DNA of 46,251 nucleotides, filler included, from Actinomycetota bacterium (GTDB taxonomy: Bacteria; Actinomycetota; CADDZG01; JAHWKV01; JAOPZY01): the NCBI GenBank assembly GCA_025963875.1. It is 2 parts of 2 records of this genome, joined end to end, with 100 filler letters (N's around TTAATTAATTAA, not from the genome) between each part and the next. Parts side by side here need not be neighbours in the genome. Positions count along the whole stretch, not along the records: positions 1 to 23,437 come from JAOPZY010000160.1; positions 23,538 to 46,251 come from JAOPZY010000211.1. One strand, 5' to 3'. A program made the translations under genes and the position numbers. Shown here in pieces: positions 20,909 to 31,185 of the stretch (position 1 is the first letter of the stretch; each line of letters opens with the position of its first letter). The notes under the pieces were generated by a model that was not told the origin of the DNA, made no database searches, and saw nothing but the letters and a program-made list of their open reading frames with translations.

Positions 20909-21841
20909 TCAGCCGTCTACTTCGACCACTACCTTCCCGCGGGTGTGGCCGGACTCGATCTGGTCGAATGCGGCCACGGCGTCGTAGAAGGCGAACTTCG
21001 CCGAGACGTGGACCGAGAGGTCACCCTTGGCGGCGAGCAGGCCGAGGTCGGTGAGTTGCGCTGCATCGGGGTGCACGAACAGGTACCGGCCACCCAGCTC
21101 CTTCAGCCGGAGCGCGTCCGTGACCCCGACGATCTGGCCGCCCTCCTTGAGAAGCGCCGGCACGGCGTCGAGGGCCGCCCCGCCGACCAGATCGATGACG
21201 GCGTCGACCCCGCCGGGGGCGAGTGCCAGGACGTCGTCGACCAGTCGACGTCCGTAGGGGACCGGCTCCACGCCGAGCCCCCGGAGGTACTCGTGGTTGC
21301 CCGGGCTGGCGGAGCCGATCACCCGGGCCCCAGAGCTTCCCGCAAGCTGCACGGCGAAGGAGCCGACCCCCCCTGATGCCCCGTGCACGAGCACCGTGTG
21401 GTCGGGGGCGAGGGCAAGGCCGTCGTGGACCAACTGATACGCCGTCAGCCCCGAGTGGGGCAGGGCAGCGGCCTCCGCCCATGGCAGCTCCGGAGGCTTG
21501 GGCGCTGCGCAGCGCACCGGGACCGAGACATATTCGGCGAGGGTTCCCCACTGGATGTGATCCTCGCGATCGTAGGCGATGACTTCGTCGCCGGGCTGAA
21601 AACCGGTCACGGCCGGGCCCACGGCTTCGACGACGCCCGCCACGTCCCAGCACGGCACGAGCGGGAAATGGACGGGAAAGGCGCCGTCCAGATAGCCCCG
21701 AAGCACTTTCCAGTCGAAAGGATTGAGGCCGGCGGCCCGGGTTCGCACGATGATCGTGTCCGGACCCAGTTTCGGATCCTCCACGTCGGCGACATTCAGC
21801 ACGCTGTTGTCGCCGTATCGGTTGGCTGCTATCGCTCGCAC
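20909..21841 (-). CDS. NADP-dependent oxidoreductase (MDR / quinone reductase-like)
   Basis: AAGLNPFDWK, VLVHGASGGVGSFAVQLA, GHTRGKVV; start placed at GTG 21841. Confidence 0.92.
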   Translation of the reverse strand: MRAIAANRYGDNSVLNVADVEDPKLGPDTIIVRTRAAGLNPFDWKVLRGYLDGAFPVHFPLVPCWDVAGVVEAVGPAVTGFQPGDEVIAYDREDHIQWGTLAEYVSVPVRCAAPKPPELPWAEAAALPHSGLTAYQLVHDGLALAPDHTVLVHGASGGVGSFAVQLAGSSGARVIGSASPGNHEYLRGLGVEPVPYGRRLVDDVLALAPGGVDAVIDLVGGAALDAVPALLKEGGQIVGVTDALRLKELGGRYLFVHPDAAQLTDLGLLAAKGDLSVHVSAKFAFYDAVAAFDQIESGHTRGKVVVEVDG

Positions 21842-22048
21842 CGATCCACCCCCAGTCCGGGTTGCAGCGGTCTCCTCGATTGTTCCGCATTCGCCGTCTT
21901 TTTGCACCCGGAACCTCCAGACGCCAAAGGAGCGCTCGAAATGGTGCGAAGGGATCTGTGGCCGTACGGGAACTTGGCCGACGAGGAAGGGAGAGGTTGA
22001 ACTTTGAACAGAGCGGCAGCCGCCGGCGTCGATTTGGGAGCAGGACAC

Positions 22049-23437
22049 ATGGTGAAGCAGGACGTGGTCGCGGGCGACGGGCCGGGACGCACGCCAAGCC
22101 TCCAGCGTGAATGGTCGCGGGCGTTCGGGATCATGTTGGTCCTTTTGGTCGCTGCCTTCGTGGCGACCCTGGTCGGCGTTCTCGTGAAGGAGTTCGGCGG
22201 CGCGGCCCAACAGGTCGACAGGGGATCGACGATCGTCGCCTCCCTCCGTGGCAGCCTCGTCGATCACGAGGGCACGGCACATCAACTGCTGAGTGGGTCG
22301 CCGGTGGACCGCCAGGCCTTCCTGGGCCAGCAGTTCGAGATTTCCCAAGCCTTCCAGGATGCGCTCGGCACGTTGCCGGCCGGCAACGACACCACCGGGG
22401 TGCTCAACCAGGCGGCTCAATCCTGGCAGGCGGGGCTGACCAAGGCCGGCCTGTGGGGCGACCAGGTGAATGTGTTGCAAGGCCCTCAGGACGAACTCCA
22501 GGCCGAGCTCAGCGCCAACAGCGACCAGGCCCGGGCACTCCTGGACGGCCTCCAGAACTCTGCCCTCCGAGCGATGCGCAACCGGCTGGCCAAGGACGCT
22601 GGAGTGGAGCGGCTGCTGGCGGTCGCCCTTGGCGCATTGTTGGGCGTGGCCTTGGCCGTGACCGCCTATTTCCGCCGGCGATTGGCCAGGGACATCGTGC
22701 AACCGATCGCCAGCATGCGCCAGAGCGCCTTGAGGATGCAGGCGGGCGACTTCGACCGTCGCATCGAGGTGGCTCGCCACGACGAGCTGGGGGAGCTGGC
22801 CGAGGCGTTCAACGGCATGGCCCGCGCCCTGCGCGGCAGCCAGATGGCGCTCCAGCGTGGGGCCAGCCACGACTCGGTCACCGGACTCGCGAATCGCGCC
22901 TCCCTGATCGAACGCCTGGAGGAGTCCTTCGGCGCAGGCAGCGACCGCAGGGCCCGTAAGGAGAGCGTGCTCTCCATCGACATCGACGATTTCAAGGACT
23001 TCAACTACTCCCTGAGTCGCGACGGAGGCGACGTGCTGCTCGCGCAAATGTCCGTCCGCCTCAAAGGCTGCGTCCGGCCTCACGACCTGGTCGCCTCCCT
23101 CGGCGGCGACGAGTTCGCCATCGTGGTCCTGGAAGACGACGCCGGCTCCGCCGCCGTGGTCATCGCCGAGCGGATCCTGAAGGTGCTGCGGGCGCCGTTC
23201 ACCGTCCGCGGGACGCGCCTGCACGTCACCGTGAGCATCGGCGTGGCCGAGCGACGCCCCGAGACTGCCGGCGCGGTGGAGATGCTTCGGGATGCGGACT
23301 TCGCCATGGGGATGGCAAAAAGCGGCGGCAAGAACCGCTACCAGCTCTTCGACGTCCAGCTCCACGACGACATGGTCGCCCGCTCGGCCCTCAAGGCCGA
23401 CCTCGCCCTGGCCGTCAGCTCGCACCAACTGCTCCTG
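22049..23437 (+). CDS. Membrane HAMP-GGDEF signalling protein, truncated at the contig end (probably continues into an EAL domain)
   Basis: Two TM segments, DELGELAEAFNGM, HDSVTGLANR, IDIDDFK, LGGDEF, GKNRYQLF. Confidence 0.88.
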
Positions 23438-23537
23438 NNNNNNNNNNNNNNNNNNNNNNNNNNNNNNNNNNNNNNNNNNNNTTAATTAATTAANNNNNNN
23501 NNNNNNNNNNNNNNNNNNNNNNNNNNNNNNNNNNNNN
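23438..23537. other. Artificial contig linker (44 N + TTAATTAATTAA + 44 N)
   Basis: Symmetric N runs around a 12-mer that has stop codons in all six frames. Confidence 0.97.
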
Positions 23538-25067
23538 CCCCGTGATGCGGTTCAGCTCGTTGTTGACCGCGGCATGGGTGAGTCCCGTCTGGCGGGCGAT
23601 GGCCCGGACCTTGTTGGTGTTTGCCTCCCGCAGCCACGCCTTGTGCTCCCGCAGCGTCCGGCCCTCCGGCAGCCGCCCAACTCCTGGTCGCCCTCCCGAT
23701 GGCAGCGGCGGCAACGGGATCGTGAGGGCGGCGTCGTGGGCCGGCTCGGGGATGCCCCGCTCGTCGAGCTCCCAGTCCGGGACGCCGCCGTCATCGAGGG
23801 GGACCGCCGAGATCGGGGCGAACAGCGAGACCTGCTCGGACTCCAACTCGTCCAGCTCGGCGGCTCCTTCCCCGGGGACCTCGCTCGGCTCCTGCCGGCG
23901 CAGGCAGTGGCGACGCTGCTCGGCGATGGCGAACGCCCGGGCCCGCAGCCTCGGTTCGTCGGGGATGAAGAGGAAGGACCTCTGGCCGGTGGTCCCGGGC
24001 GTCCAGCGCACGAGGCGCCCTACTGCCTGCCGGAAGAACAGCTCGGTGGTCGTGGTGGTGGCGAACACGCCCACGCGGAGGCGGGGGATGTCCACGCCCT
24101 CCGACACCATCCGCACCGCCACGATCCACGGATCGCTGCCGGTGGCGAAGCGGGAGATACGGGCCGAGGCCTCGGGGTCGTCGGACGTCGCCACGACCGC
24201 CCTGACCCCGAGCCGGAGCTGCAGGATCTGCGCGATGCCCCGCGCGTGGTCCTGGTCGGTGGCGATCACGAGGCCCCCAGCCCCCGGCTGCTGCTTGCGG
24301 ACGGCGAGGAGCTGCTCGTGGGCCTGGCGAAGGACGTGGGGGAGCCACTCGCCCTCCAGGGAGTAGGCGGTTCGGAGGCGCTGGCTCGCCCGCGTCGCGT
24401 CGAGGGCGTCCTCGAAGGAGTGGGCGTGCACGCTGCCGTCCGGGGCGCTCCACTCCATCATGCCGTCGATGCGGGGGAAGTAGACCGGCCGGACGACGCC
24501 GCCGTCCCGGAGCGCATCCGCATAGCCGTACTCGTAGTCGGCGACGGCCTCGTCATCGGCGTAGCGGACGAAGGGGATCGCCTGCACGTCCGAGCGGAAG
24601 GGCGTGCCGGAGAGGGCCAGGCGCCGTGCCGCCGGCTCGAACGCCTGCCGGACTGCGTCGCCCCAGGCCCGATCGTCGGCGGCGTGGTGCAGCTCGTCGA
24701 AGATGACGAAGGCGTTGCGGGCGAGGCCCCGCAGCACGGGGGCGCTCGTCGCCACCTGCTGATACGTGGTCACGACACCGTGCATGTCCCGAGGGAGCGT
24801 GCCGTCGGCCGCCGACCATCGGGGGTCGAGGTGCAGGTCGAACGCGGCGGCCGCCGCTGCCCACTGCGCCTTCAGGTGGGCCGTCGGCACGACGACGACC
24901 AGCCTGCGGCCGGGATCGGCGGCGAGGGCCTGCCGCGCGGCGGTCAGCGCAAAGGTCGTCTTCCCGGCCCCCGGTGTGGCAACGGCGAGGAAGTCGGCGG
25001 CGCTCGAGGCCGCGAAGCGCTCCAGTGCGCTCTTCTGCCAGGGGCGAAGCGTGACGGTACGAGGCAT
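23538..25067 (-). CDS. SF2 DEAD/DEAH-box helicase, C-terminus truncated
   Basis: LRPWQ, ATPGAGKT, DELHH, LSGTPFRSD, MVSEGVDIPRL, FRQAVGR. Confidence 0.9.
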
Positions 25068-25445
25068 ATGGCTGGAGATCATGCCAGGCCTTCGCCTGAG
25101 GCGCCGCTCGTTGCTGCTTGCGGAGCCATGCAACCCACCGTTTCGGTGGTTCAATTCGCTGAGAAAGGATTGGCTAGGCCTGCGAGAGCGCGCGCGGATG
25201 ACGGACTGAGTGTTTGTCCTGGTCAGGATGGCAATGCCCGGCTGAGAGGGGACTCCACCCCTGTTCCCGAAGGCGTAGGTTCCCCCCCAAGCCGTCAGGA
25301 ATATGTTCGGTCTTTGGTCGGTCCGAGTTTAGGCACAATTAGTTACGTTCCGGTTAAGCGGCACCACTGCGACGCGCGTTCACCACCTGGCCCCCAGCAG
25401 CCCCGTGCCCCTCCCACGGCCCCGCACCCGTTCAAACTGATCCCC

Positions 25446-25475
25446 TTGACAAACACAGGCAAACGGGCGTATACA
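25446..25475 (+). promoter_or_regulatory. Putative sigma-A promoter of the fructose operon
   Basis: TTGACA (25446-25451) and TATACA (25470-25475), with AAAC-rich direct repeats nearby. Confidence 0.5.
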
Positions 25476-25511
25476 CATATAAACACAGAGCCGACCGGGG
25501 AGAAACGGGCG

Positions 25512-26273
25512 TTGTACGCAGAGGAACGGCTTCAGGTGATCGTGCAGCGGGCTCGCCTCGACGGCAGGGTCGACGTTGCGGCCCTCGCCGAAGAGCTCAA
25601 CGTCACCGCCGAGACCATCCGCCGGGACCTGACCGCCCTGGAGCGTCAGGGCCTGCTGCGGCGGGTCCACGGCGGCGCCATCCCGGTGGAGCGGCTCCGC
25701 TTCGAGCGCAGCCTCGACGTGCGCGACACCCTCATGCAGGCCGAGAAGGAGCGCATCGCCAAGGCGGCCCTCGACGAGCTGCCCGAACAGGGCACCATCC
25801 TTCTCGACGCTGGCACCACGACCGCCCGGATGGCCGAGATCCTCCCCGCCGAGCAGGAGCTCACCGTGGTGACGAACTCGCTTCCCATCGCGATGACCCT
25901 TGCGGCGCAGCCGAACAACACCGTGCTGATGGTGGGGGGCCGGGTCCGTGGCCGGACACTTGCCGCCGTCGACGACTGGGCCACCCGCGTCCTCGCCGAC
26001 ACCTGCGTCGACGTGGCGTTCGTCGGGACCAACGGCGTGTCGACCGAGCGGGGCCTGACCACCCCCGACGTCGCCGAAGCCGCAGTCAAGCGGGCGATGC
26101 TCGCCGCCGCACGCCGCCGGGTCCTCCTTGCCGATCACACGAAGGTGGGCAGCGATCACTTCGCCCGCTTCGGCAGCCTGGAGGACCTGGACGTCCTGGT
26201 GAGCGACACGGGCCTCGAGCCCGACGCCGCCGCCCAGCTCGGCGCAGCCGGCCCCCGCGTGGTGCTCGCATGA
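25512..26273 (+). CDS. DeoR/GlpR family regulator (FruR-like)
   Basis: YAEER...VTAETIRRDL...RRVHGGA, LLDAGTTT, VVTNS; TTG start. Confidence 0.92.
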   Translation: MYAEERLQVIVQRARLDGRVDVAALAEELNVTAETIRRDLTALERQGLLRRVHGGAIPVERLRFERSLDVRDTLMQAEKERIAKAALDELPEQGTILLDAGTTTARMAEILPAEQELTVVTNSLPIAMTLAAQPNNTVLMVGGRVRGRTLAAVDDWATRVLADTCVDVAFVGTNGVSTERGLTTPDVAEAAVKRAMLAAARRRVLLADHTKVGSDHFARFGSLEDLDVLVSDTGLEPDAAAQLGAAGPRVVLA

Positions 26274-27214
26274 TCGTCACCGTCACCCCGAACCCGAGCC
26301 TCGACCGCACGGTCGAGATCGACGCCCTCGTGCGGGGCGATGTGCTGCGGGCCCGCCGGGCGAGCGTCGAAGCCGGGGGCAAGGGTGTCAACATCTCCCG
26401 GGCGCTCGCCGCGAACGCGATCCCGACCCTGGCGGTGCTGCCGTCGGGAGGCTTCGAAGGGGCCCAGCTCACCGGGCTGCTGGCAACGCCTGGTGTCGAG
26501 GTCGTCCTCGTCCGGATCGCCGGAGCGGTGCGGGCCAACATCAGCATCGTGGAGCCGGACGGCACCGTCACCAAGATCAACGAGCCCGGTCCCGAGCTGA
26601 CGAACGACGAGCTCGACGCCCTCAGCCAGGCTACCCTCCGGGCCGCGGCCGGGGCGGAGTGGCTGGCCGCCTCGGGAAGCCTTCCTCCCGGTGCACCCCC
26701 GGGTTTCTATGCCCGGCTGATCGAGCTGCTGGCTCCGACCAGCTGCCGCATCGCCGTCGACTCCAGCGGTGAGCCGCTGCTGAGGGTGCTGCCGCTGCGC
26801 CCCGACGTCGTCAAGCCCAACCGGGAGGAGCTGGCCGAGGCAGTCGGCGGCTCCATTGACACCCTCGGCGACGCCGTCGACGCCGCGGGGCGCCTTCAGG
26901 AAAAGGGTCCCCGGGCCGTGCTTGCCAGCCTCGGCGCCGACGGGGCCATCCTCGTCGATGCCTCCGGCGCCCTGCACGGCGAGGCGCCCGTCGAGACGCC
27001 ACTCAGCGCCGTCGGCGCCGGCGACTCGCTCCTCGCCGGGTTCCTGGCGGGTGGTGGTTCCGGCAGGCAGGCCCTCCTCGAAGGGCTCGCCTGGGGCGCC
27101 GCAGCAGCCAGCCTCCCCGGGAGCCGGGTGCCCGGTCCCTCCGACCTTCGACGAGACGCGGTCCTCATCCATTCCCATATCGACCGGCAGCGCCGGCTGA
27201 AAGGAGTTTCCTAG
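26270..27214 (+). CDS. fruK: 1-phosphofructokinase (PfkB family)
   Basis: MIVTVTPNPSLD, GGKGVNIS, VKPNREEL, AVGAGDS; operon context. Confidence 0.92.
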   Translation: MIVTVTPNPSLDRTVEIDALVRGDVLRARRASVEAGGKGVNISRALAANAIPTLAVLPSGGFEGAQLTGLLATPGVEVVLVRIAGAVRANISIVEPDGTVTKINEPGPELTNDELDALSQATLRAAAGAEWLAASGSLPPGAPPGFYARLIELLAPTSCRIAVDSSGEPLLRVLPLRPDVVKPNREELAEAVGGSIDTLGDAVDAAGRLQEKGPRAVLASLGADGAILVDASGALHGEAPVETPLSAVGAGDSLLAGFLAGGGSGRQALLEGLAWGAAAASLPGSRVPGPSDLRRDAVLIHSHIDRQRRLKGVS

Positions 27215-27216
27215 CC

Positions 27217-27669
27217 ATGTCGGAGCTCATCACGACGGACCTGGTCGATCTCGACCTCAAAGCGACCGAGCGCGGGGAAGCGACGGCGCATCTGGCAGGC
27301 CTGCTCGCCGCGGCCGGGCGGGTCACCGACCTTGAAGGGTTTCTGGCCGACGTCCGGGCGAGGGAGGCCCAGATGCCGACGGGCATCGAGGGGGGCATCG
27401 GCATCCCCCACGCCCGGTCCCGGTTCGTGGCGGCCCCCACCCTCGGGTTCGGGCGCAGCACCGCGGGCGTCGACTTCGGGGCCGAGGACGGTCCGGCCCA
27501 CCTGATCTTCCTCATCGCCGCGCCCGAAGGCGGCGACTCGGACCACATGACGATCCTGTCGAAGCTCGCTCGCCGTCTGGTGCACCGCAGTTTTCGGGAA
27601 GCGCTCCTGGGAGCCGGAGACCCCCAGGCCATCGTCGACCTGGTCGACAAGGAGGTGTTGGGGAAATGA
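27217..27669 (+). CDS. PTS fructose-family EIIA
   Basis: REAQMPTGIEGGIGIPHAR, HLIFLIAAP. Confidence 0.92.
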   Translation: MSELITTDLVDLDLKATERGEATAHLAGLLAAAGRVTDLEGFLADVRAREAQMPTGIEGGIGIPHARSRFVAAPTLGFGRSTAGVDFGAEDGPAHLIFLIAAPEGGDSDHMTILSKLARRLVHRSFREALLGAGDPQAIVDLVDKEVLGK

Positions 27670-29177
27670 AGATCGTGGCAGTGACGTCATGCCCGACGGG
27701 CATCGCGCACACGTACATGGCCGCCGAGTCCCTTGAAGAGGCGGCCAAGGAGGCGGGGCACAGCATCGCAGTGGAGACGCAGGGCGCCGCAGGGGCGAAC
27801 CCGCTCACCGACGAGCAGATCGCCTCGGCCGACGTTGTGATCCTGGCGGCCGATGTCGAGGTGCGCAACCGTGAGCGCTTCGCCGGCAAGCCCACCGTCA
27901 CCGTTCCCATCAAGCGGGCCATCAACGACCCGAACGCAGTCCTCGGCCAGGCCGCGGCCCTCCTCGCTGCCGAGCCGGTGGCCGCGGCCGCGCCGGCTGC
28001 AGGATCACCGCCACCACCGGCCCGCGTTGCGGCTACCCCCGCCGACCGCGGACCCTCCGGCGCCACCCGGCTGCGCCAGTGGCTCATGACCGGCGTCAGC
28101 TACATGATCCCGTTCGTCGCTGCCGGGGGCATCCTCATCGCCCTGTCCTTCGTGATCGGCGGTGCCCAGATCGCCACGAAGGTCAACGGCGGCACCTTCC
28201 ACGGGGTCACCTACCCGGGCGTGACCGACATCTCGAAGCTGCTCGCCCAGACCGGGCTGGCCGGTGTGATGTTCAAGATCGGCGGGATCTCGTTCTCGAT
28301 GCTCGTCCCGATCCTTGCCGGCTTCATCGCCTATGCCATGGCGGACCGGCCCGGCCTCGTGCCCGGCATCGTCGCAGGGCTCCTCGCCAACGCCATCGGC
28401 GCCGGCTTCCTGGGGGGGCTGGTCGGCGGATTGCTGGCCGGCGGAGTGGCGCTGGCGATCCTCAGGATCAAGGTTCCGAAGGCGGTGGCCGGCATCATGC
28501 CAGTGGTGGTGATCCCGCTGGTCTCGACGCTCATCGTCGGCTTCCTCATGATCGCCGCCGTCGGCCAGCCGATCGCCGCGGCGACCAGGGGCCTCACCGA
28601 CTGGCTCAACGGACTCAACGGTTCGAACGCCATCGCCCTCGGGGCGCTGCTCGGACTGATGATGGCCTTCGACATGGGCGGCCCGGTCAATAAGGTCGCC
28701 TACACCTTCGGCCTGGCGAGCCTCGCCGCCGGCAACCAGCAGGTCATGGCGGCGGTCATGGCGGCGGGAATGACCCCGCCCCTCGCCCTTGCCCTCGCCA
28801 CCGCAGTCCGTCCCGGGCTCTTCACCAAGCCCGAGCGGGAGGCGGGCAACGCCGCCTGGCTGCTGGGGGCCTCGTTCATCACCGAGGGGGCCATCCCCTT
28901 CGCGGCGGCGGACCCGTTGCGGATCATCCCGTCGCTGATGGTGGGCAGTGCGGTCACCGGGGCCGTGGTCATGGCGCTGCACGCAGCGTCACCCGCTCCC
29001 CATGGCGGCATCTGGGTCATCGGCCTCATCGGCAAGCCCCTCGCGTGGCTCGTCGCCATCGTCGCCGGGACGGCGGTCAGCGCAGCCTGTGTCGTCGTTG
29101 CCAAAGGCCTTGGCCGGCGGTCGCTCGCAACACCCGGCCTCACGGTGGACTCCCGCAAGGTTGCCGTCGCCGGTTAG
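27666..29177 (+). CDS. fruA: PTS fructose-family EIIBC
   Basis: VTSCPTGIAHTYMAAE, LMTGVSYMIPFV, FDMGGPVNK, FITEGAIPFAAADP. Confidence 0.94.
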   Translation: MKIVAVTSCPTGIAHTYMAAESLEEAAKEAGHSIAVETQGAAGANPLTDEQIASADVVILAADVEVRNRERFAGKPTVTVPIKRAINDPNAVLGQAAALLAAEPVAAAAPAAGSPPPPARVAATPADRGPSGATRLRQWLMTGVSYMIPFVAAGGILIALSFVIGGAQIATKVNGGTFHGVTYPGVTDISKLLAQTGLAGVMFKIGGISFSMLVPILAGFIAYAMADRPGLVPGIVAGLLANAIGAGFLGGLVGGLLAGGVALAILRIKVPKAVAGIMPVVVIPLVSTLIVGFLMIAAVGQPIAAATRGLTDWLNGLNGSNAIALGALLGLMMAFDMGGPVNKVAYTFGLASLAAGNQQVMAAVMAAGMTPPLALALATAVRPGLFTKPEREAGNAAWLLGASFITEGAIPFAAADPLRIIPSLMVGSAVTGAVVMALHAASPAPHGGIWVIGLIGKPLAWLVAIVAGTAVSAACVVVAKGLGRRSLATPGLTVDSRKVAVAG

Positions 29178-29226
29178 CCGGTCCCCCCATAACGCAGCAC
29201 TTCAGCGAAACGAGAGGGTGTTGGGA

Positions 29227-29499
29227 ATGGCTCAGCGCAACGTCGTCATCGGTTCCTCGGTCGGGCTCCACGCCCGACCGGCGGCCCTGTTCGTGCAGGC
29301 GGCTGCCCGTCAGCCGGTGAAGGTGAGGATCGCCAAGGCCGGCTCCGACCCGGTCGACGCCCGAAGCATCCTGTCGGTGCTGGCCCTCGACGCCCGCAAC
29401 GGCGAGGAGGTGGTGCTCTCCGCCGAGGGCGAGGGGGACGAGAAGGCCCTTGCGGAGCTGGCGGAGCTGCTCCAGAGCGACCTCGACGCCCAGCCATGA
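29227..29499 (+). CDS. ptsH: HPr phosphocarrier protein
   Basis: GLHARPAA, VDARSILSVLAL. Confidence 0.94.
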   Translation: MAQRNVVIGSSVGLHARPAALFVQAAARQPVKVRIAKAGSDPVDARSILSVLALDARNGEEVVLSAEGEGDEKALAELAELLQSDLDAQP

Positions 29500-31166
29500 A
29501 CAGTACCTCCACGCAGCTGGCAGGTATCGGCGTCAGCCCGGGGATCGCCTCCGGGCCGGTCGAGTGGCTGGCGCCGCCGCCCGTCGTTCCGCACGACCTC
29601 GCCCCCGCCGGGGACCCCGAGGCTGAGGCCAGGATCGCCGGCGAGGCGGTCGCCGCCACCGCCGACGATCTCGAGGCCCGCAGCTCGTCGCTGGTGGGGC
29701 CGTCGGCCGACGTCCTGGCCGCCCAGGCGATGATGGCGAGGGACCCCGTCCTGGGCGACCGCATCGCGGAGCTGGCGGGGGAGGGCCTGGCCGCTGCGGT
29801 GGCGGTCGCCATGGCCTTCGACGAGTTCCGCGAGCAGCTTGCGGCCGCCGGCGGCTACATGGCCGAGCGGGCCGCCGACCTGGCGGACATCCGCAACCGT
29901 GCAGTGGCCCGCCTGCTGGGCGTCCCCATGCCCGGCGTGCCCGACCTCGACTACCCCTTCGTGCTGCTGGCCGGCGACCTGTCCCCGGCGGACACCGTCA
30001 ACCTCGATCCGGCGCACGTCCTTGCGATCGTGACCGAGCACGGGGGACCGACCAGCCACACCGCGATCATCTCCAAGTCGCTCGGCCTGCCCGCCGTGGT
30101 CGGCTGCGCGGGTGTGCGCGCTCTGGCCACGGGCACCATCGTGATGGTCGATGGCGCCGAGGGCGTGGTGATCGTCGACCCGGCGGCCGCGCTTGTGAAC
30201 GAACGGCTGGGACGCCTCGCCGCCCGCCGTGCCGCCCTCACCGGAGTGTCCGGCCCCGGCAGGACGTCCGACGGGATGCCGGTGCAGCTCCTCATCAACC
30301 TCGGGAGGGAGCGGGACCTCGGTGTGGTCGCCGCCGCCGACGCGGAAGGCGTCGGGCTCTACCGCACCGAGTTCCTCTTCCTGGAGCGCCACGACGCTCC
30401 CACGGTCGAGGAGCAGCGGGTCGCCTACTCCGAGGTCTTCCATGCCTTCGCAGGCCGCAAGGTCGTGGTGCGGACGCTGGACGCCGGCGCCGACAAACCA
30501 CTGCGGTTCGTGACCCAGCCCGACGAGCCGAACCCCGCGTTGGGCGTCCGCGGCCTCCGCACCTCGCGCCTGTTCCCCGACCTGCTGGACGGACAGCTGC
30601 GGGCCATCGCCAGGGCCGCATCCGGCAGCGGGACGGACGTCTGGGTGATGGCGCCGATGGTCTCGACGGCTGGCGAGGCTGCGGCCTTTGCCGCCCAGGC
30701 CCACTCCCACGGCGTGCCCGTCGCGGGGGCCATGATCGAGGTCCCGGCGGCAGCGCTCCAGGCCAGTGCCGTGGCGGCCGCCTGCGACTTCCTCAGCCTC
30801 GGGACGAACGACCTCGCTCAGTACACCTTCGCCGCCGACCGGATGGCAGGGGAGCTGGCCGACCTCCTCGACCCGTGGCAGCCGGCCCTGCTGGAGCTGA
30901 TCCGCCTCACCGCAGATGCGGGCCGCGCAAGCGGGCGGCCGGTGGGCGTGTGCGGGGAAGCCGCCTCGGACCCCCTGCTGGCGCTGGTGCTGGTGGGCTT
31001 CGGCGTGACGAGCCTCTCGATGGCGACGACCAGCCTGCCGGAGGTGCGACTCGCGCTGAGCCAGCACAGCCTGGCGGAGTGCCAGGCACTGGCCGCAATG
31101 GCGCTGCGCGCGCCCGATGGCAAGGCGGGACGCGAGACGGTGCGGACGGCGAGCGCCAAGGTCTGA
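29496..31166 (+). CDS. ptsI: PTS enzyme I
   Basis: GGPTSHTAI, GVGLYRTEFLF, RTLDAGADK, SLGTNDLAQY, GVCGEAA. Confidence 0.95.
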   Translation: MNSTSTQLAGIGVSPGIASGPVEWLAPPPVVPHDLAPAGDPEAEARIAGEAVAATADDLEARSSSLVGPSADVLAAQAMMARDPVLGDRIAELAGEGLAAAVAVAMAFDEFREQLAAAGGYMAERAADLADIRNRAVARLLGVPMPGVPDLDYPFVLLAGDLSPADTVNLDPAHVLAIVTEHGGPTSHTAIISKSLGLPAVVGCAGVRALATGTIVMVDGAEGVVIVDPAAALVNERLGRLAARRAALTGVSGPGRTSDGMPVQLLINLGRERDLGVVAAADAEGVGLYRTEFLFLERHDAPTVEEQRVAYSEVFHAFAGRKVVVRTLDAGADKPLRFVTQPDEPNPALGVRGLRTSRLFPDLLDGQLRAIARAASGSGTDVWVMAPMVSTAGEAAAFAAQAHSHGVPVAGAMIEVPAAALQASAVAAACDFLSLGTNDLAQYTFAADRMAGELADLLDPWQPALLELIRLTADAGRASGRPVGVCGEAASDPLLALVLVGFGVTSLSMATTSLPEVRLALSQHSLAECQALAAMALRAPDGKAGRETVRTASAKV

Positions 31167-31185
31167 GCGCCCTATTGCCGGGAAC

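Noticed and set aside
21850..22048. Riboswitch upstream of the GGDEF gene
   Set aside because: No riboswitch consensus recognisable by eye; an Rfam scan would be needed
20909..23428. 839-aa oxidoreductase ORF and other long N-terminal extensions in the track (clpP, TauE, DeoR, coxM, coxS, aldolase)
   Set aside because: The extensions overlap other genes or are low-complexity; starts were reset using SD signals and family N-termini
23438..23537. TTAATTAATTAA palindrome within N runs
   Set aside because: Synthetic six-frame-stop contig linker; ORFs and gene adjacency across it are artefacts
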